A stretch of 64,000 nucleotides of DNA from Candidatus Heimdallarchaeota archaeon (GTDB lineage Archaea > Asgardarchaeota > Heimdallarchaeia > Heimdallarchaeales > Heimdallarchaeaceae). This document shows, in pieces, positions 60,619 through 64,000 of this stretch (position 1 is the first letter of the stretch; every line of letters begins with the position of its first letter). The notes under the pieces were generated by a model, which saw only the letters and a program-made list of their open reading frames with translations, ran no database searches and was not told the origin of the DNA. The translations under genes and the position numbers were made by a program. Location of the stretch: assembly GCA_030603365.1 (NCBI GenBank), contig JAUVXV010000002.1, positions 224,001 to 288,000 of the forward strand, read 5' to 3'.

Positions 60619-61664
60619 AATCTAAATCCATAGTTATTCCAATAATCTTAGCACTAATATCAAGTGGAATAATTACTGGAATTGTTTTTTACTTTTATCC
60701 AGTTAAACAACTTAATCCTGAAGCTATTGTTATCTTGAACAATCGAGATTTCAAAAAATATTCTTCAAGTGGTGATGGTTCAGCAGAAAATCCCTACATC
60801 ATAAAGGGCTACAATATCACAAATCCTCACACAAGTGGATGGACTGCTACTGGAGCAATCATCAAAGAAACTACTAAACACTTTATTCTTACTGATTGTA
60901 CATTTACTGACTATTATAGAGGAATTTTGGTTAGAAGTGCCAAATCAGGTACTGCTACTGTAATGAACAATACAATACTTGAAGGAGCATATTCCCCAAA
61001 TGCACCTTCATCAGGGATAGAGTTACATGATTCACATGAAGTAGAAGTATACAACAATTCGATAGGATACTTTTATGAAAAGGGTATCAACTTACTTTGG
61101 TCTAATAATTGCACAATCAAGAATAACTACGTTGCTAACTGTGGAAGTGGGATATCAGTTAGTAGTTCAAATACTACTACTCTTTTTGAAAATCTTCTAA
61201 ATAGTAATGGTATAGGCATTATCTGTTCTAGTTACATATACACATCCAGAGGTCATAACATAAATAATAACACCTGTATAAATGGAAATTCAGGTATAAG
61301 AGTGGGTGAGGGATTTGATTTTCAAGTTGCACATAACATAGTTTCTATGAATTTGGAAGGTATTGTTTCATATGGGTATAATTATACGATATTTGGCAAT
61401 TACATTTCTTATAACCTCAATGGTGGAATCGCATTGTCTTCTTCAAGTAGGTTTAACCTGGTTTATCATAATAGTATCATAGAGAATTTTAGTCCCGATT
61501 TACTTGAAGAATCGCAAGGATTTGATGATGGCCAATCAAATAATTGGTACAGCAGTATACTTCTTTCTGGAAACTATTGGTCCAATCTAGGGAATGCTAC
61601 AACTTACTTAATCGATGGAGAAGCTGGATCTATAGATTTGTATCCGCTCTCTTCACCTATCTAG
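60615..61664 (+). CDS. Right-handed parallel beta-helix (NosD-like) surface protein
   Basis: SGDGSAENPYII, TTKHFILTDC, C-terminal GNYW...DLYPL. ATGA overlap with the previous gene. Confidence 0.88.
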   Translation: MKSKSIVIPIILALISSGIITGIVFYFYPVKQLNPEAIVILNNRDFKKYSSSGDGSAENPYIIKGYNITNPHTSGWTATGAIIKETTKHFILTDCTFTDYYRGILVRSAKSGTATVMNNTILEGAYSPNAPSSGIELHDSHEVEVYNNSIGYFYEKGINLLWSNNCTIKNNYVANCGSGISVSSSNTTTLFENLLNSNGIGIICSSYIYTSRGHNINNNTCINGNSGIRVGEGFDFQVAHNIVSMNLEGIVSYGYNYTIFGNYISYNLNGGIALSSSSRFNLVYHNSIIENFSPDLLEESQGFDDGQSNNWYSSILLSGNYWSNLGNATTYLIDGEAGSIDLYPLSSPI

Positions 61665-61728
61665 TATTCCAGAAATGCTTAAATAGAATTTCGAGTAGAT
61701 AGTTGGTAGTATTCAGAAGGGAACATTC

Positions 61729-63123
61729 TTGCGTTTATCTATTAAAATAATCTTAGGAAGCATTCTTGTACTAGGAATAGCAACGACATCAGTTTTTTTA
61801 TATATCAAATTTCCAACCGAAAAAGGATACGAGATTAGAGAGAATTCAGATTTCTCCAAATATATGTTTCCAGGTAAAGGAACTTCTGACAAACCCTATA
61901 TTCTTACTGGAGAGAGATTCACAGGTGAAGAGAGAGTATACATTACTGGAACCTCAAAACATTTTACAATAAAGGATTGTTTCTTTGAGAGTTGTTCTTC
62001 ATCTGGTATAAGCTTGGTTAGAATACATGCACATGGAACCATCAAAATCATTAACTGTACTTTCCAAAATAGTGAGATTGGGATTTTAATTGATTTTGCA
62101 GAAGGAGTTACAATCACTAACTGTTCTTTCGATACCAATACAGTTGCAGTCTACTCATTTGATGGATGGAGATTGAATCTAACTAATAACATCGTAAAAA
62201 ATAATCAAAGAGGATTTGTATTGAGGGAATGGTGGGGTGCTATTTCGTGTGATTCTAATTTCTTCTATAATTCCTCTCACTACGGTCTTTATATTACTGG
62301 TTCAGAATTAGGTTTTCATATTACAAATAACGAGTTTATAGAAGATATGATGTATATTACAGAATATGCTATAGAAAGCACGAATGATCTAGGATTTTCA
62401 ACTTTTGAAAACAATACATTTGATGGTAAACTATCTCGTTTTTACAAAAATAAAAGCCTTTTGACAATTGCTGATGAATATTCTGTTATTTGGTTATACA
62501 AATGTAACAGTGTAGTTATAAAAAATCAAAATATGAGTAAAGTATTACGAGGAATTATCGCAATACAATGTAACTATCTTTCAATAAGTGATTCAAATTT
62601 CTCCGAAGTCACTAAAGCAATTACAACGTATGATTGTGCAAACGTTTCTATAGACAATGTAAAAATTGAGGGAGAGTATAGGAATGAAGGTTATATTTCC
62701 AGCATGGGAATTAAGATAAGGTTAGGAGATAACTGTTCAATAAATAATTCATATATCTCTTCATTAGATTATGGGGTATATTATAGTACTCTTGGGATTC
62801 AGTATAATATAACAAATTCTAATTTCATACACTGCAGTTTCAATCTATTTTTTGAATCTTCTTTTAATGATCAAAACACAAAAATGTTCATTTCGGAATG
62901 TTTGTTTCTGGAAGGGAAAATAGGAGTTGAATTCTATTCAATATTTGAAGTAACGATTTCAAATAATATCTTCATTAATCAAACATCTATTGTTTTTGAT
63001 ATCTTTGGATGCACCAATTTATCAATTTGCTTCAACTATATTGACTTAAGAGCTGGTGCATTGGAAACTGATATTCAGGATTGTGACTCAGTTGTTTATG
63101 AGAATAACACTGTTATATCCTAA
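61729..63123 (+). CDS. Right-handed parallel beta-helix surface protein
   Basis: FPGKGTSDKPYIL, TSKHFTIKDC, beta-helix repeats. Confidence 0.85.
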   Translation: MRLSIKIILGSILVLGIATTSVFLYIKFPTEKGYEIRENSDFSKYMFPGKGTSDKPYILTGERFTGEERVYITGTSKHFTIKDCFFESCSSSGISLVRIHAHGTIKIINCTFQNSEIGILIDFAEGVTITNCSFDTNTVAVYSFDGWRLNLTNNIVKNNQRGFVLREWWGAISCDSNFFYNSSHYGLYITGSELGFHITNNEFIEDMMYITEYAIESTNDLGFSTFENNTFDGKLSRFYKNKSLLTIADEYSVIWLYKCNSVVIKNQNMSKVLRGIIAIQCNYLSISDSNFSEVTKAITTYDCANVSIDNVKIEGEYRNEGYISSMGIKIRLGDNCSINNSYISSLDYGVYYSTLGIQYNITNSNFIHCSFNLFFESSFNDQNTKMFISECLFLEGKIGVEFYSIFEVTISNNIFINQTSIVFDIFGCTNLSICFNYIDLRAGALETDIQDCDSVVYENNTVIS

Positions 63124-63255
63124 AATAGTTTATTTTACACATTTGTGAAAAAGCAGGGAAAATTCATCTACTTTTTAAGAAAAACAGATAAAATTTATAT
63201 TAAAATGCGCTTCATCTGTATCATGCTAGATCTAGTAAAACTATGAGATACATGT

Positions 63256-63396
63256 GTGGATAGGTTTAATCTTCTTGAATCAAGAGATGGTACCAAACTC
63301 TTCTTGAGAGAATGGGAATCATCTCAACCTTCTCGTATTGCTTTTCTAATTCATCATGAAACAGATTTAAGTATCAACAACAGATTTATTCTCTAG
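63256..63396 (+). pseudogene. N-terminal fragment of an alpha/beta-hydrolase (lysophospholipase-like)
   Basis: GTG-start 46-aa frame MDRFNLLESRDGTKLFLREWESSQPSRIAFLIH..., which diverges and stops right where the HG motif is expected. Confidence 0.55.
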
Positions 63397-63408
63397 AGAT
63401 GTTGTTCT

Positions 63409-64000
63409 ATGAAAGATGCTCGTACTAGATGGGAAACTCTAAATCAGATTCGAAAAGAAAAATTTGATATCATTTTACCAATTGCTATGAGAGAAAATAG
63501 TATTGAAATGTGGATTCATGTTATGAGGGAAGGGAATCCAGATCCTCTCAATATAGATCTGGGAGGAGATAATGGTTATTTCATTTTTACTGACCGGAGT
63601 AATGATAGAATTGAACGAGCAGTTCTTGGTGGTTATGAGGAAGATCTTCAAGAAATAAAAGTATATGATATATTTGGAGCGAATGAAGACCTCCACCGGT
63701 TTGTTAGTGAACGAGACCCAAAACGTATAGCAATTAACATGTCTCATTGGATTGCTGTTGCAGATGGTATATCTCACACCGAATATAAGATACTCACCCA
63801 AGCTTTGGGGGAGAAATATTCAGAGAGAATAGTATCAGCTGAACAAGTGATAACTGATTTCAGAACTAGAAGAATTCCAAGAGAGATAGAAGTGTATGCT
63901 GAAGTATGTGAGATAGCCAGACAACTTCTTGAAAGAGCTTTATCAAATGAAGTTATAACTCCAGGAATAACAAAATTAGAGGATGTTGGTTGGTGGATGG
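63409..64000 (+). CDS. M24 family (Xaa-Pro) metallopeptidase, N-terminal part (runs off window end)
   Basis: Manual translation MKDARTRWETLNQIRKEKFDIILPIAMRENSIEMWIHV...DPKRIAIN...ADGISHTEY...VSAE...FRTRRIPREI...ITPGITKLEDVGWW. Confidence 0.8.
   Translation, partial: MKDARTRWETLNQIRKEKFDIILPIAMRENSIEMWIHVMREGNPDPLNIDLGGDNGYFIFTDRSNDRIERAVLGGYEEDLQEIKVYDIFGANEDLHRFVSERDPKRIAINMSHWIAVADGISHTEYKILTQALGEKYSERIVSAEQVITDFRTRRIPREIEVYAEVCEIARQLLERALSNEVITPGITKLEDVGWWM

Noticed and set aside
33723-63123. Diversity-generating retroelement behind the surface-protein paralogs
   Set aside because: No reverse transcriptase and no template/variable repeat pair differing only at adenines was found.
2127-63801. 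Many short antisense or nested ORFs in the track (e.g. 5362..5760, 11420..11836, 15501..15809, 63475..63801)
   Set aside because: Shadow frames of well-supported genes, with no motifs of their own.
1-64000. CRISPR array, tRNA/rRNA genes, transposases
   Set aside because: No regularly spaced repeats, cloverleaf or rRNA-like GC-rich tracts, or transposase motifs were recognised by eye; tRNAscan and Infernal were not run.

Overview
AT-rich (about 30% GC by eye), densely coding archaeal chromosomal region. It is most consistent with an Asgard archaeon (Heimdallarchaeia-like), inferred from a stand-alone longin-like protein, a TPR-longin fusion, expanded NosD-type beta-helix and 7-repeat beta-propeller surface proteins, TATA-type promoters and GGTGA/GGAGG ribosome-binding sites. 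No rRNA, tRNA, CRISPR array, integrase or transposase was recognised. About 50 CDSs: three ABC systems, pruA, dus, tatD, two GNATs, two APH-family kinases, two extended SDRs, TetR, ArsR and PadR regulators, and many exported membrane-anchored proteins. Best candidates for new systems: (1) two adjacent ABC operons, each containing a PadR regulator split by a ~90-aa insertion inside the helix-turn-helix, and each preceded by the same AATATTC-N8-GAATATT operator; (2) a membrane-tethered ectodomain-TM-wHTH regulator heading four beta-helix surface-protein genes, with 11-bp-phased repeats in two promoters; (3) an exported superoxide-reductase-like protein whose mature N-terminal His may replace a lost ligand; (4) a family of surface proteins with a shared C-terminal anchor, including a duplicated two-gene module. 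All functional calls come from motif recognition by eye; no searches were run.
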